A stretch of 63,706 bases of DNA, counting the filler, from Lenisia limosa (taxonomy: Eukaryota; Protista; Breviatea), in assembly GCA_001655205.1 (NCBI GenBank). It is 13 parts of 13 records of this genome, joined end to end, with 100 filler letters (N's around TTAATTAATTAA, not from the genome) between each part and the next. Parts side by side here need not be neighbours in the genome. Positions count along the whole stretch, not along the records: positions 62,455 to 63,706 come from LPNZ01001235.1; 12 more parts are not named here. One strand, 5' to 3'. The position numbers were made by a program, and so were the translations under genes. Of the stretch, positions 62,587-63,706 are shown one piece after another (positions within the stretch are counted from its first letter, which is position 1; each line of letters opens with the position of its first letter). The notes below the pieces were generated by a model. The model made no database searches, was not told where the DNA came from, and saw only the letters and a list, made by a program, of their open reading frames with translations.

Positions 62587-63240
62587 TCAATAAGGGTGAT
62601 TGAAAGGTACAATATTATGTGAAATAAAGAGGGGACATTCAAAAAACAAAAAAAAAAAGGGGGGGGGAGGAGGAAAAGGAGACATAGTAGAAAATGGCCC
62701 ACCAATTTCTTCCTCTTCCTTTTCTTCTTCATTCTCTTCATCTTCATTTTCCTCCTTTTCCTCCTTCTCTTCTTCCTTCTCTTCTTTCTCCTCCTTCTCT
62801 TCATCTTCGTCTTCCTCCTTTTCCTCCTTCTCTTCTTCCTTCACCTCTTCCTCCTCCTTCTCTTCTTCCTTCTCTTCTTCCTCCTCCTTCTCTTCTTCCT
62901 TCTCCTTCTCTTCATCTTCATCTTCCTCCTTTTCCTCCTTCTCTTCTTCCTTCACTTCTTCCTTCTCCTCTTCCGTCTCCTTCTCTTCTTCTTTCTCCTC
63001 ATCTCTATCTTCTTCAACAGCTTCTTCTACAGAAGACTCATTTTCATCATCATCTTTCTTTTCATTTCCTTCCTCTTCTTCTTTCTCTTCCTCTTTTTCT
63101 TCTTTCTTCTTCTCATCCTTGGTTTCCATCTTCTTGGGTGGGGCGGGAGAGGCGACAAGGGTATGGTAGAGGCTCATGGGGCATGACCCCGAATTGAGTG
63201 CGTGGATTTGTTTTTGGAGGTCTATGACTGTGCATGCTGT
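62587..63240 (-). CDS. Glu/Lys/Asp-rich low-complexity protein segment
   Basis: Open minus frame of about 150 acidic/basic residues with an internally duplicated EEVKEEEKEEKEEDEDEEKE unit; the plus-strand Ser/Phe and Pro/Leu ORFs are its shadows. Confidence 0.65.
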   Translation of the reverse strand, partial: TACTVIDLQKQIHALNSGSCPMSLYHTLVASPAPPKKMETKDEKKKEEKEEEKEEEEGNEKKDDDENESSVEEAVEEDRDEEKEEEKETEEEKEEVKEEEKEEKEEDEDEEKEKEEEKEEEEEKEEEKEEEEVKEEEKEEKEEDEDEEKEEKEEKEEEKEEKEENEDEENEEEKEEEEIGGPFSTMSPFPPPPPFFFLFFECPLFISHNIVPFNHPY

Positions 63241-63706
63241 CTAAAAAGGTGAGGTAGGGAGGGGGTAAATGTGGGAATGCATTTCGGTACTAAATAAAAA
63301 AATATATCAGATCATATTATAGTAGAACATAGTATCTTTCGCACCGTTCATAAATATGTGTTTTTTTTTTAACTAAATGTGTTTTTCTTCGAGAGTTGCA
63401 AAAACAGTGTTTGGAGTCTCAAAATGAATAAGTAAACCTAGTTCTGTAACAAATACACAAGTCGCAAGATGTAGACATGTTTAAACCAACTTGGTGATTG
63501 CTTAGGAGAAGTTATATGATACAAGAAAGACTTCACACAAGAGTTGTATCCTGAAACGGACTATTTAGATTGCTCCTCTGCGACCTCTTCCACGACCACG
63601 AAGTTGTTTTTCTTGGGATGAACACAAATAAAGTCGCTGACTGGTTTTTGAGAACCTTTTTTTTTAAAAAAAGAAACACATTTTGTTAAAAAAACACATA
63701 TTTATG

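Noticed and set aside
62600-63197. Plus-strand Ser/Phe-rich and Pro/Leu-rich ORFs
   Set aside because: Antisense shadows of the minus-strand Glu/Lys tract.
197-63197. Most ORFs in the supplied six-frame track as standalone genes
   Set aside because: They are intron/exon read-throughs, repeat-derived, or open only because N runs contain no stop codons.

Overview
This window is not one contiguous locus. It is 13 short draft-assembly scaffolds (about 3.5-9.4 kb each, the last cut off by the window end) joined by 12 artificial 100-nt linkers (N44-TTAATTAATTAA-N44), and it has many internal N gaps that usually start at G/C or A/T homopolymers. The DNA comes from an intron-rich eukaryote with short GT-AG-bounded exons and apparently the standard genetic code. 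Dynactin Arp1 argues against a flowering plant; I cannot assign the taxon further. Recognisable genes, assembled by eye from exons: a DEX1-like FG-GAP protein with a tRNA-Asp(GTC) apparently inside one intron, an ESCRT-III Snf7-family protein, PRP40, RPN13/ADRM1, Arp1/ACTR1, a PH-domain protein, an ankyrin-repeat gene that may continue into a TRP-like membrane domain, a possible AP-complex large subunit, and several hypothetical membrane, coiled-coil and low-complexity proteins. The non-coding DNA holds at least six short interspersed repeat families, including two hAT-like MITE families sharing TAGGGCT termini and a double-hairpin element, plus a decayed Penelope-like retroelement RT. Two recurrent intron features stand out: G-rich 5' ends with poly-C 3' ends, and small tandem duplications that span splice sites. 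Exon models and coordinates are hand-derived and approximate; no database searches were run. I found no phage-defence-type or other prokaryotic system.
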